A stretch of 38,674 bases of DNA, from positions 1 to 38,674 of IMG/VR virus record IMGVR_UViG_3300029822_000031; one strand, 5' to 3'. Positions 25,451 to 34,973 of this stretch are shown piece by piece; positions within the stretch are counted from its first letter, which is position 1, and the number at the start of each line of letters is the position of its first letter. The DNA comes from a virus (lineage: Duplodnaviria; Caudoviricetes). The notes under the pieces were generated by a model that was not told the DNA's origin, made no database searches, and saw only the letters and a program-made list of their open reading frames with translations. The position numbers and the translations under genes were made by a program.

Positions 25451-25545
25451 GATGTGGGATAGTGATTGCAACACGAAAGGAAGTAGCCTTACTTCTTTCC
25501 CATATTAAATAATAAGGCAATACACAAAAAGGCGGTGTTATTTTT
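25451..25545 (+). ncRNA. Structured leader RNA of HNH cassette B
   Basis: Same architecture as 23805-23904 with compensatory changes. Confidence 0.7.
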
Positions 25546-26226
25546 ATGGGCAAAATTAAAGACTTAACAGGTCAGAGATTTGGCAGACTAACAGTAATTA
25601 AAATTAATGGCAGGACTAAAGATAAATCTGTAACATGGTTATGTAGATGTGATTGTGGGAATGAAACAATTGTGGTTGGGCAAAACTTAAGTAATGGTAA
25701 TACAAAAAGTTGTGGTTGCTATCATAAAGAAGTTCTTTTAAATGCAAGTAAAACACATGGAATGACGCATACAAAAATATACAATATATGGGCTGATATG
25801 AAAACACGATGTACTAATAAAAAAGAAAAAAATTATAAAAACTATGGTGGCAGGGGTGTAAAAATATGTGATAAATGGCTATCCTTTAATGGTTTTTATG
25901 ATGATATGGGTAAAAGTTTTGAACAACATAATAAAAAATTTCCTGGGAAGAATACTTCATTAGATAGAATTGATTTTAATGGTAATTATGAACCTTCTAA
26001 TTGCAAATGGTCAACAATTTTAGAACAAGCAAATAATAAAACTACAAATGTTTTAGTAACTATTGATGGGATAAAAGATACTATCACAAACCATTGTAGA
26101 AGATATAATATAAGTGACAGAACAGTATTTTCAAGAATTTATACAGGATGGGATATAGAGAAAGCATTAAAAATACCAGTATTAAATCCTTTAGATAATT
26201 TAAAATATCATAAGAACTCTTTATAG
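25546..26226 (+). CDS. HNH homing endonuclease, paralogue of 23905..24531
   Basis: DLTGQRFGRLTV...YGGRGVKIC...SLDRIDFNGNYEPSNCKWST; terminator AAGAACTCT/AGGGTTCTT follows. Confidence 0.9.
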   Translation: MGKIKDLTGQRFGRLTVIKINGRTKDKSVTWLCRCDCGNETIVVGQNLSNGNTKSCGCYHKEVLLNASKTHGMTHTKIYNIWADMKTRCTNKKEKNYKNYGGRGVKICDKWLSFNGFYDDMGKSFEQHNKKFPGKNTSLDRIDFNGNYEPSNCKWSTILEQANNKTTNVLVTIDGIKDTITNHCRRYNISDRTVFSRIYTGWDIEKALKIPVLNPLDNLKYHKNSL

Positions 26227-26248
26227 GGTTCTTTTTTTATGGGAGAAG

Positions 26249-28033
26249 GTGATCAATATCGCAAAAATTATAGTGCCTAAAGAAATCCCACCAACTAAAA
26301 TAGATAAGTTCTTTGGTTTAAATGAGAATGTAGATGGAGAGTATGGTTTAAAGCTAGGTGAAGCCACTAAACAAGTGGGTTGGAGAGTAACAAGTGGTTA
26401 TCAACTAAAGAGAATGGAAGGATATAAAACAATATTTTCTGGTTTAACAGGAAACGTACAAGGTATGTGGTATGGAAAACTCAACGGGACCTTCTTTTTT
26501 TTATTCGCAAATAATGGTCATTTATGGAATGGGAATCTAACAGATGGTACTAAGACAGACTTAGGCACATTAACAGATGCACCTACACGTTTTATACCTT
26601 TTGGCAGTAAGGTTTATATACTAAATGGACATGAATATAAGTCTTTTGATGGTACTACCTTTTCAGTTGTAGCAGGATATAGACCTTTAGTAGCAATAAC
26701 AACCCCTCCTGCTGGTGGTGGTACTTTATTTGAACAGATTAACATATTAACAGGGCAGAAACATCAAACCTTCTCTAGTGATGGAACAGCAACAACATAT
26801 CAACTAGCTGAAATTAATATTGATAGTATTGATTTTGTAAAAGTTAGGGGAGTTTTAAAGACTGTAACTACAGATTATACGGTAGACCTTACAAATGGTA
26901 AGGTTACTTTTTTAACTGCTCCTTCGGGTGGTGTGCCAGATGATACAGATATAGGTTGGACTAAAGGCTCAGGTCAGAGAAGTTTAATTGAGAATTGCAG
27001 ATTTGCTATGGATTATTCCGGTCAAACAGATTCTCGTTTATTCTTATGGGGCAATACAACCTATAAAAATAGAAGGTTTTGGAGTGGACTTGCGAATGGA
27101 GTTCCAAGTGCTGAATACTTTGAAGCTAACTCATATGATGATTTAGGTAATGGTCAATATGCAATCACAGACATAGTAAAACAACTAGACAGGCAGAAAA
27201 TATTCCTTGAAAATAGTACTATGTTTTCCTATTATGCAACAGAAACTATAGGAGGACAGACAACAGCCACATTCCCAGCATATGAACTGAACGAGAACAT
27301 AGGTAATGTAGCAGAGGGACAAGCACAGATAATCAATGACAGCCCCTTTACACTTCATAATGGTGTATATGCTTGGTTATCAAGTACTGTACGTGACCAG
27401 ACTAATACTTCGTTAATAAGCCAGAGAGTTCAAGACACATTGGATGATGTAGATTTAACGAAAGCTATTACTTATAACTGGCAGGAAATGAAGGAATATT
27501 GGCTATGTATAGGCTCTACAGTATGGATATTTAACTACCTTAATAATACATGGTACAAGAGAAATAACGTTCCTGCAACGTGCTTTTTAGTTATTAACGG
27601 ACAAATGTACTTTGGTACTAATGAAACAATAGAAAAGTTTGATACTAACCAACGTACTGACAATGGAACTTTAATTGAAACAGTATGGGAAATGGGATTT
27701 TATGATTTTAAGGAAGAATACTTAAAAAAGTACATGAGTAAGTTTTGGGTAGCATTGAAACCAGAAGCTAAAAGCAAAGTTGATATCAATGTAATAACAA
27801 ATAATGATGGAACGAGTGTAACACAAACTATTTACTATAATTTAGCAACATTTGAGCATTGTGATTTTAACCATTTTAGCTTTTTAACCTCATATAATCC
27901 ACAACCATTTAGAGTAAGGCTAAAAGAAAAAGGATTTGCTTATTTAAAGATAAGGTTAAGTTCAGATAGTTTGGCAGATGTTGCAACAGTACTTTCTATC
28001 AACATTTTAGTAAGGTTAGGAGGTAAAGTATGA
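26249..28033 (+). CDS. Tail nozzle/DNA-stabilisation protein (P22 gp10-like beta-propeller)
   Basis: 594 aa, beta-rich, FFGLN N-terminal motif, position after the adaptor. Confidence 0.7.
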   Translation: MINIAKIIVPKEIPPTKIDKFFGLNENVDGEYGLKLGEATKQVGWRVTSGYQLKRMEGYKTIFSGLTGNVQGMWYGKLNGTFFFLFANNGHLWNGNLTDGTKTDLGTLTDAPTRFIPFGSKVYILNGHEYKSFDGTTFSVVAGYRPLVAITTPPAGGGTLFEQINILTGQKHQTFSSDGTATTYQLAEINIDSIDFVKVRGVLKTVTTDYTVDLTNGKVTFLTAPSGGVPDDTDIGWTKGSGQRSLIENCRFAMDYSGQTDSRLFLWGNTTYKNRRFWSGLANGVPSAEYFEANSYDDLGNGQYAITDIVKQLDRQKIFLENSTMFSYYATETIGGQTTATFPAYELNENIGNVAEGQAQIINDSPFTLHNGVYAWLSSTVRDQTNTSLISQRVQDTLDDVDLTKAITYNWQEMKEYWLCIGSTVWIFNYLNNTWYKRNNVPATCFLVINGQMYFGTNETIEKFDTNQRTDNGTLIETVWEMGFYDFKEEYLKKYMSKFWVALKPEAKSKVDINVITNNDGTSVTQTIYYNLATFEHCDFNHFSFLTSYNPQPFRVRLKEKGFAYLKIRLSSDSLADVATVLSINILVRLGGKV

Positions 28034-29223
28034 TAGATAAATTTTTGATTGATGTAAATAATGTGCAAGGTTTAGACGATTTACCAAATGATGTTACTGG
28101 ATTAACAGCCGCACAATTAAAAGCTGTATTCGACAAAGCACCAGGGGATTTAAAAACTTATATAAATAGTTTAATTGATACGTTAAATTCTATTACAGCC
28201 GGTCAGAGTGGTTCTGAAAATATAGGTAGTGCTCCTATATCTGGTATTGATGGAACAACTGTTTATGACCAAATAGCAAATATGTTAGCAGTAGCACAGC
28301 AAGCTCAGGCAGGAACTATATTACCTGGTGTTGTAACTGATATTATGTTAAATGGTGGGGCAGACCAAATTAAAGCTAGATTTGCTTTGCATTTGACAGA
28401 TTATGCGTACCAACTGGCAGGAGGTACAGCCACAGCAATAATTTTAACAGGAGTTGTGTTGGAAGACGGACACCCTAAAACATTTATAGCTGGATTTACT
28501 GATAGCAATACAGTTAAAACTATAAATGGGAAACCATTTTATAAACCAGGTACTACAACTTCACCATCAACAGTGGCAGGAAAGGCATATACGGTTTGGT
28601 ATAACTTAGCTGGTGACTGTTTTTTTATCAAAGCTAGTGCAGAAGGTGATGCCGTTGCTGAAAATGTACTAGCAGATAAAAAATTCAGCAATGACAATGA
28701 TACTGGTATAGTCGGAACAATGCCAAATAAAGTTGGCTCTGGGACAGTAATTACACCAACCGGAGCAGACCAAGCAATACCGCAAGGCTATTATGGTGGA
28801 GCATTAACAGATGGAAAAGTTGCAGCAGTTACGTTGCAAGCTGGTGACAACATATTTTACTACATTCCTACAGTATTCACTAATAATGGATTGACTTGGT
28901 CATCATTCACTCTTTTAGGGTATACTGCTCCATATGCTAGAATTAAATGTCTTTATGGTGGAATCGTAAGAGTAAAATTCTCATTAAAAGACAGTGTTAC
29001 AACAACGCCAGTTCATGCACAAATATTTGTAAATGGTGTCGCAAGAGGACAAGACAGAAGTAATTCATCAACATCATATATAACATATTCAGAAGATATA
29101 GCAATAAATGCAAATGATGAAATTGAAATATATGGAAATAATGGTGGTTCAAGTAATATCATTTCAGTCAAAGATTTTACATTATGTAATAGCTTTGCAC
29201 TAGTAGGAGTTCAGCCAACATAA
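28030..29223 (+). CDS. Tail fibre/receptor-binding protein
   Basis: LTAAQLKAVFD N-terminus; GDAVAENVLADKKFS and IPQGYYGG fibre motifs. Confidence 0.75.
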   Translation: MIDKFLIDVNNVQGLDDLPNDVTGLTAAQLKAVFDKAPGDLKTYINSLIDTLNSITAGQSGSENIGSAPISGIDGTTVYDQIANMLAVAQQAQAGTILPGVVTDIMLNGGADQIKARFALHLTDYAYQLAGGTATAIILTGVVLEDGHPKTFIAGFTDSNTVKTINGKPFYKPGTTTSPSTVAGKAYTVWYNLAGDCFFIKASAEGDAVAENVLADKKFSNDNDTGIVGTMPNKVGSGTVITPTGADQAIPQGYYGGALTDGKVAAVTLQAGDNIFYYIPTVFTNNGLTWSSFTLLGYTAPYARIKCLYGGIVRVKFSLKDSVTTTPVHAQIFVNGVARGQDRSNSSTSYITYSEDIAINANDEIEIYGNNGGSSNIISVKDFTLCNSFALVGVQPT

Positions 29224-29239
29224 TAGAGGAGGTTAATTT

Positions 29240-29443
29240 ATGAATATAAAAATTCAATATACAGACCAAGCGGACAGACAAATAAAAATTGACGCTAATA
29301 GAGACAAAATTTTAATATTAGATGAGAATATTCAAGAAGGAAATTTCTTAACATTTTCTGATATTAAACCTTTAGAAAATCAATTGCAAGACCTTAATAA
29401 TACATCTAATATGATTCTTTTGAAGCAGGAGGGGATTATATAA
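29240..29443 (+). CDS. Small fibre-associated protein
   Basis: Between the fibre and the XkdX-like gene. Confidence 0.55.
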   Translation: MNIKIQYTDQADRQIKIDANRDKILILDENIQEGNFLTFSDIKPLENQLQDLNNTSNMILLKQEGII

Positions 29444-29628
29444 TGGTTAATCAGGACTTTGTAAACAGATTAATAAGTTTAATGCAACAAGGATTAATTA
29501 AAGTAGCTGATATTAAAAATGTGGATTATGCCACAGCAGTAACTAATTATTTTAAAGAAGAGGTTGTGGCAGGAACAATTACAACAGAGCAGTATCAGTC
29601 TATAACTGGAATAGCTTATGTCGCATAG
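29443..29628 (+). CDS. XkdX-like protein
   Basis: C-terminal GTITTEQYQSITGIAY. Confidence 0.7.
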   Translation: MVNQDFVNRLISLMQQGLIKVADIKNVDYATAVTNYFKEEVVAGTITTEQYQSITGIAYVA

Positions 29629-29731
29629 GATTTATTTTTCGACATAACTTAATAATTTCTAAAGGCAAAAATGGGAGTTTTAAAGACTCTTTTTATTTTG
29701 CCTTTTTTTATTTTTGAAAGGAGGCATTTAA

Positions 29732-31072
29732 ATGGCAACAGTAACAGGTGGAACATGGGTACAAAATAGTAAAGACCCTAATGACTGGAGTTATAAAGAT
29801 TCTGGCGGAAATATTGTTACAAATGTATGGGCTAAAGATAGTAAAGGTAAAGACTATTATTTAGGCAGTAATGGTAAAATGGCTGTAAACACAGTAACAC
29901 CAGATGGATATGCTGTAGGTGCTGATGGTGCCTGGAATAATACCGAAAAGCAAGCAGCATTACCACAGCAAAGTTCCTTAGGAGTTCAAGTATATGATCC
30001 AACAGCAGATATAAAGGCTATGGCAGAAGCACAGAAAAAAGCAGCTTTGGCAGGATTAGACAAAGCACATAATCAATCACTAAGTGATTTAAACTATGCC
30101 AAAGGTCAAATTGAACCAGCATATTATACAGCAAGAAATAATACCTCAACTGATGCACAAATAGCAGCTAAAAACTTTGCAGAGTATATGGCTTCAAGAG
30201 GAATGACTAATTCAGGAACTGCGGCACAAAGTGACATAGCCAATAACGTAGCTTTGCAAGGCAATTTAGGCTCATTGGCAAAGGGTGAAGCAAGAGCATA
30301 TGCTGACAATGCAAAACAAGTCGGAGATTTAAATACAGCCTATAATAATGATATAGCTTCAACTAATGCTGGAATAGATATAAGTACTATGCAAGCATTA
30401 ATAAATGCACAACAGCAGTTAAATGCACAGAAATTGGCACAGGCTAATACAGACAGAGCATTTAATTATCAGGTCGGAAGAGACTATACAACGGATACTG
30501 GAAGGCTTACAGATGGTTCATGGACACTTAATGGACAAAATGCCAATATGCAAAATCAACTAGCAGCTTTACAGTTAAAGTATCAACCTCAAATTTACCA
30601 AGGTCAAATAACTAACCAGGATATGCAAAATCAACTAGCAGCTTTACAGTTAAAGTATCAACCTCAGATATACCAGGGACAGATAGATGGACAGACTTTA
30701 CAGAATGCTTATCAACAATTAGTTAATAACGGTTATCCGGCACAGCAAGCTGCAGACTTAGCATATAAAGCAGCTCAAACAGCAAATGTGAATAAATCAA
30801 CCTCATTAATGGGGCTAAAATCTAGTGGTAGAGGTGGCGGGTCAGGGAGGGATTCTTCGGGAGGTTCTTCTAAAGGATACTCTAATACAGATTATAAGAA
30901 CAGTAACCAGAAAACTATACATGATTATGCAAATAGTAATGCAACTTTAGCACAGAAATTACAAGCACTAAGTGGAGCAGCAAATGATACAGAAATGAGC
31001 CCATCTGATAGGGCTTATGCAAAGGAGCAGCAACAAGCATTATTAGCTGGTAGATGGTATGCAGGAATGTAA
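29732..31072 (+). CDS. Probable ejection (internal virion) protein with N-terminal cell-wall-binding repeats
   Basis: WSYKDSGGNIVTN..YYLGSNGKMAVNTVTPDGYAVGADGAW then A/Q/N-rich helix with MASRGMTNSG. Confidence 0.65.
   Translation: MATVTGGTWVQNSKDPNDWSYKDSGGNIVTNVWAKDSKGKDYYLGSNGKMAVNTVTPDGYAVGADGAWNNTEKQAALPQQSSLGVQVYDPTADIKAMAEAQKKAALAGLDKAHNQSLSDLNYAKGQIEPAYYTARNNTSTDAQIAAKNFAEYMASRGMTNSGTAAQSDIANNVALQGNLGSLAKGEARAYADNAKQVGDLNTAYNNDIASTNAGIDISTMQALINAQQQLNAQKLAQANTDRAFNYQVGRDYTTDTGRLTDGSWTLNGQNANMQNQLAALQLKYQPQIYQGQITNQDMQNQLAALQLKYQPQIYQGQIDGQTLQNAYQQLVNNGYPAQQAADLAYKAAQTANVNKSTSLMGLKSSGRGGGSGRDSSGGSSKGYSNTDYKNSNQKTIHDYANSNATLAQKLQALSGAANDTEMSPSDRAYAKEQQQALLAGRWYAGM
30546..30666 (+). repeat. 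In-frame tandem duplication, 75-bp period
   Basis: 46-nt identical block at 30546 and 30621 (MQNQLAALQLKYQPQIYQGQI x2). Confidence 0.9.
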
Positions 31073-31084
31073 GGAGGTTTTATT

Positions 31085-34000
31085 TTGAGTAGTAAAAAAT
31101 ACAAAAATTTTGACCCTAATAGGGAAACACAATATTCAGATTATAATTATAATAAATCTGGTAAAATAATAGACCCTACAGACACAAGTCAAATGGTCAA
31201 TGGTAAAGACTTTGCAACTAACAGTTTAAATGTTGGTAGTTATCCTCTAAATTCATTAACAAAACTTCCTACTGCTACAAATTCATCTACTACACAAAAT
31301 ACTAGCTTTTGGGCACCACTTCAAAACTTAGATGCAAAGTTAAATAATGCTTTTTATAACTCAAAGTTTATGAAAAGTGGTTTAGGTAAATTTATAAACA
31401 GAATAGGACAGAGTGGAGCAGAAATCATTGGTGCTAATGTAGGGGATAAAAACTTTAAAGAAGATTCTACAGGAAATAAAGCAGCTGACACCATAGCAAA
31501 TATAGCCGGTGCTGGAATGGGATTAATTTTTAATCCTATAGGTGGAGTTAATGCTGCTGCAAATAAAATGTTAACCCCAGTCGGTGACATTGCAGAAAAA
31601 GGAGCAAATAATTTAGTAGGTAAAATAGGACAGTCAGCTTTTAAAAATGCTTCTAATCCTACTACGTATAACGTTATAACTAAGGCTGCTAGTTATTTAC
31701 CGACTATGGCAAGAGCAGGAGCAGAACAAGGTTTACAAGGTGCTGGCATAGAGTTAGCCAATGGCGGAAATGTAAAAGATATTGCAAAAGAAGGTTTAGT
31801 AAATGCTGGACAAGGTGCTTTATTCGGTGGAGCATTAAAAAGTTTAGGAGATTTAGGGCATAGTGCATTTAAAACTAATGTGACTATAGATAGACAGCAA
31901 TTAAACAACCCTAGGAACGTTTTAAAGCCTTTAGATATAAATACACCTTTAAGTGAAAATAACCTCTTAAACAACGAGGTAGCAAGCACAAAGACACTTA
32001 ATAATTCTAAGGGGTTTGATAAAAATACATTTACCAAGTTATCTGATAAAAAAGTAGAACAAATGAATAATTTAGATAATAAGCTTAAAAGTAATGCTTC
32101 AATAAATGAATTACAAGCAGATAACCCAAAAATAGTTTCAAGTGGTAAAGATAAAACAACCTTAGGACAAAAGTTTAATAACCTTTATACATCATTAATT
32201 GATAGAAACAAGCCTATTGCTGACTTTAGTAAAACAGCCAATGATAAAACTTATACTTTAGCAACTAATTCAGCTAATACTAAGAACATAGCTGATTATA
32301 TAATGACTGACAATTTAGTTGATAGGCAAGGTAATGTTATAGGAAAATCTTTAAAAGAAACATTAAAGAATATTCCTAAAAACCAAGAAAATGATTTTAT
32401 GCAGTATGCACTTGAAAAACATAATATTGCTAGAGCTAAAGAAGGAAAACCAGTGTTCCCTAACCATACAAGCATACAGTCAGCAGAAATAGTTAAAAAG
32501 ATTGAAGCACAACATCCAGAATGGGTAGGGCAATCTAAAAACATTAACACCTGGATTAATAAATTTATGAATGAATGGGGAGTAAATGCTGGAACTTTAG
32601 ATAAAGGATTATATGAAGCAAATTTAAAAACATACCCTAATTATATTCCTACCAATAGAGATTTCAGTACGCTTGAACAAACTGGCCAAGGTTACGGAGG
32701 AAGTAAGGGCTTTGTTAATAATACTACACCTTTAAAGAGAGCGACAGGATCTACAAGGGATATAATAGACCCTAGAGAAAACATAGCAAATTTAGTCAAT
32801 AGAGTTGTTAAAACTGCTAAAAATAATGAAGTTGGGCAATCATTAGCTGATACAATTAGAAATAATCCAGGGGGAATGAAAAAATATGCTGAAATAGTTG
32901 GAGAACCAAAAGGGAATGTTAAAAATGTTGTTAGAGTATTAGAAAATGGTCAGCCAACTTATGTACAGATTAATGATTTAGGCTTGTTAAAAGCTATGGA
33001 AAACTTAAATAAAACTGATGTTGGAGGGCTTGAAGCAGGAGCGAAGAAATTTACAAATGTTTATAAATCATTAATTACACAGAAAAATCCCGTTTTTGCT
33101 GTAAGAAATATAGCAAGAGATATCCCAACCGCCTATGTTAATGGTAGTGAAGGAAATCCTTTAAAGTTTACTAAAAACTTATTAAGTGCTGGTAAAGATG
33201 TTATTACTAACTCAGAAGATTTCCAAAAATATAAAGCTTTAGGTGGTGGAGGAAGTAACTTTTTCGATAGCAATAATCCTGCTAAATCTGTAAAAGAATT
33301 AACTAATAATTTAGGGCCATTCAAAAGAGCATTAAGTGCAATTCCTAACGGGATAGAGAAATTTAATAACATAACTGAATCTGCTCCAAGACTAGCAGAA
33401 TTTAAAAACGTATTACAGAAAACAGGTGATGTTGATAAAGCTATGTTTGCAGCTAATGAAATAACAACTAACTTTTCAAGGGGTGGAGATATAGCAAAAC
33501 ATGCAGATAGTTTTGTGCCATATCTTAATGCAGGATTACAAGGCATAGATAAAGAAGTAAGACAGTTAAAGAATAACCCCGTTGGTACAATAGCAAAAGG
33601 TATTGCAGGAATTACAGTACCTACTTTAGCATTTGATTATATGAATAAAGATAACGAAAATTATAAAAACCTTGATAACCGCACAAAAGATAATTATTTT
33701 CTTATACCTAATGGTGATACTTTTATTAAGATACCAAAATCAAGAGAGTTAGGTGTATTGTTTGGTTCACTAGCAGAAAGAGTTTTAAGAGCAAAGAATG
33801 GAGAACAGAATGCATTTAAAGGATTCGGCAATACTGTAGCAACTAACTTTGCACCTTCTAATCCAATAGAAAACAATTTAATTTCTCCTTTAGCATATAA
33901 TATACCATCTAATAAAGATTTTGCTGGCCGTACAATAGTTCCACAAAGCATGATACAAGATAATCGTTCACCTTATTTACAATATGATGAAAAAACAAGT

Positions 34001-34453
34001 GAAATAGGTAAGAAAATAGGAGAATTAACAGGATTATCACCAAAACAAGTAGACTATGTTATTAGGTCTTACACAGGAGTATTAGGGCAGATGGGATTAC
34101 CAGCTGCAACAAAATCTAATTACACTGGAGATAATAACTTACTTGATGTTATCAGTAAACCTGTAACAACTCAATTTGTATCAGACCCAAATTATAGTAA
34201 CCAAGCATTAACAGACTTCTATGATAATTATAATAAGGTACAAAGGAAAGCAACAGATAATAACATTATTAATAATATTCCTTCAAAAACCCTTACATCT
34301 GATGAAGTTATGAAAAGTAAATTTACCAAAGCTTCTCAGCAAATATCAGACATTAACAAGCGTATTGCTAAGACTAATGACCCTGAAACAATTAAAATTT
34401 TAAGGCAACAAATTATAGATATTGCAAATAATTACAATAAGATGTTAAAATAA
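31085..34453 (+). CDS. Large ejection protein with LPD38-like C-terminal domain
   Basis: 1122 aa; G/A-rich membrane-insertion segments; NPVFAVRNIARD; YFLIP..FIKIPKSRELGVLF. Confidence 0.7.
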   Translation: MSSKKYKNFDPNRETQYSDYNYNKSGKIIDPTDTSQMVNGKDFATNSLNVGSYPLNSLTKLPTATNSSTTQNTSFWAPLQNLDAKLNNAFYNSKFMKSGLGKFINRIGQSGAEIIGANVGDKNFKEDSTGNKAADTIANIAGAGMGLIFNPIGGVNAAANKMLTPVGDIAEKGANNLVGKIGQSAFKNASNPTTYNVITKAASYLPTMARAGAEQGLQGAGIELANGGNVKDIAKEGLVNAGQGALFGGALKSLGDLGHSAFKTNVTIDRQQLNNPRNVLKPLDINTPLSENNLLNNEVASTKTLNNSKGFDKNTFTKLSDKKVEQMNNLDNKLKSNASINELQADNPKIVSSGKDKTTLGQKFNNLYTSLIDRNKPIADFSKTANDKTYTLATNSANTKNIADYIMTDNLVDRQGNVIGKSLKETLKNIPKNQENDFMQYALEKHNIARAKEGKPVFPNHTSIQSAEIVKKIEAQHPEWVGQSKNINTWINKFMNEWGVNAGTLDKGLYEANLKTYPNYIPTNRDFSTLEQTGQGYGGSKGFVNNTTPLKRATGSTRDIIDPRENIANLVNRVVKTAKNNEVGQSLADTIRNNPGGMKKYAEIVGEPKGNVKNVVRVLENGQPTYVQINDLGLLKAMENLNKTDVGGLEAGAKKFTNVYKSLITQKNPVFAVRNIARDIPTAYVNGSEGNPLKFTKNLLSAGKDVITNSEDFQKYKALGGGGSNFFDSNNPAKSVKELTNNLGPFKRALSAIPNGIEKFNNITESAPRLAEFKNVLQKTGDVDKAMFAANEITTNFSRGGDIAKHADSFVPYLNAGLQGIDKEVRQLKNNPVGTIAKGIAGITVPTLAFDYMNKDNENYKNLDNRTKDNYFLIPNGDTFIKIPKSRELGVLFGSLAERVLRAKNGEQNAFKGFGNTVATNFAPSNPIENNLISPLAYNIPSNKDFAGRTIVPQSMIQDNRSPYLQYDEKTSEIGKKIGELTGLSPKQVDYVIRSYTGVLGQMGLPAATKSNYTGDNNLLDVISKPVTTQFVSDPNYSNQALTDFYDNYNKVQRKATDNNIINNIPSKTLTSDEVMKSKFTKASQQISDINKRIAKTNDPETIKILRQQIIDIANNYNKMLK

Positions 34454-34470
34454 TCCTAGAAGGTGGTTAT

Positions 34471-34659
34471 ATGGAAAGGGAAATAATAAAACTATATGAC
34501 TCAATAATTTATGAATTATTTATAGTTATGCTGGTCATATTAATTTATTTACTTCTTTGTCATCAATGGATTATTTCAATAGTCTTTGGATTGCTAGTTT
34601 TAGGGGCATATATTACTACAAGTAAAAAAATAAAAGAAATGAAGAAAGCTTTAGGTTAA
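34471..34659 (+). CDS. Small two-TM membrane protein
   Basis: Two hydrophobic stretches, basic tail. Confidence 0.6.
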   Translation: MEREIIKLYDSIIYELFIVMLVILIYLLLCHQWIISIVFGLLVLGAYITTSKKIKEMKKALG

Positions 34660-34811
34660 TCCCTAGAGCTTTTCTCATATTCTTCAAATAATAATTTTAA
34701 TGCTTTTTCAACTAATCGTGCTTGTGGTATAAGAGTTTTGTCTGATAAATCAATTAATTTTTTATGAATTTCTGGGTCTAATACAGTTGAATACACTTTT
34801 TTATATCTCAT
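34656..34811 (-). CDS. Ribbon-helix-helix regulator (51 aa)
   Basis: MRYKKVYSTVLDPEIHKKLIDLSDKTLIPQARLVEKALKLL; RBS AAGGGAG. Confidence 0.8.
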   Translation of the reverse strand: MRYKKVYSTVLDPEIHKKLIDLSDKTLIPQARLVEKALKLLFEEYEKSSRD

Positions 34812-34854
34812 TTTTATATCTCCCTTTAAACGAATTTTATACCTTTTAGTTATA

Positions 34855-34960
34855 ATTATAATTACTTGTAAATATAAGTCAATACTTATTTTGAATTTTT
34901 CATAGGATATTTTTGTAAAAGTATTTACAAGCAAATACTCAAGTAGTATAATTGTAAATA
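34855..34960. promoter_or_regulatory. Divergent promoters with TTGTAAATA operator repeats
   Basis: Rightward TTTACA-17-TATAAT; leftward TTGACT-16-TATAAT; TTGTAAATA at 34866 and 34952, inverted at 34922. Confidence 0.65.
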
Positions 34961-34973
34961 AGAGGTGAGAAAC

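Noticed and set aside
28615-28640. TTTTTTATCAAAGCTAG in the fibre gene as an invertase crossover site (tail-fibre shufflon)
   Set aside because: No second copy or alternative fibre C-terminus was seen, and the serine recombinase is 11 kb away with its own res-like site.
30546-30666. Repeat pair as a DGR template/variable repeat
   Set aside because: No reverse transcriptase; the copies are adjacent, in frame and differ mainly at synonymous positions.
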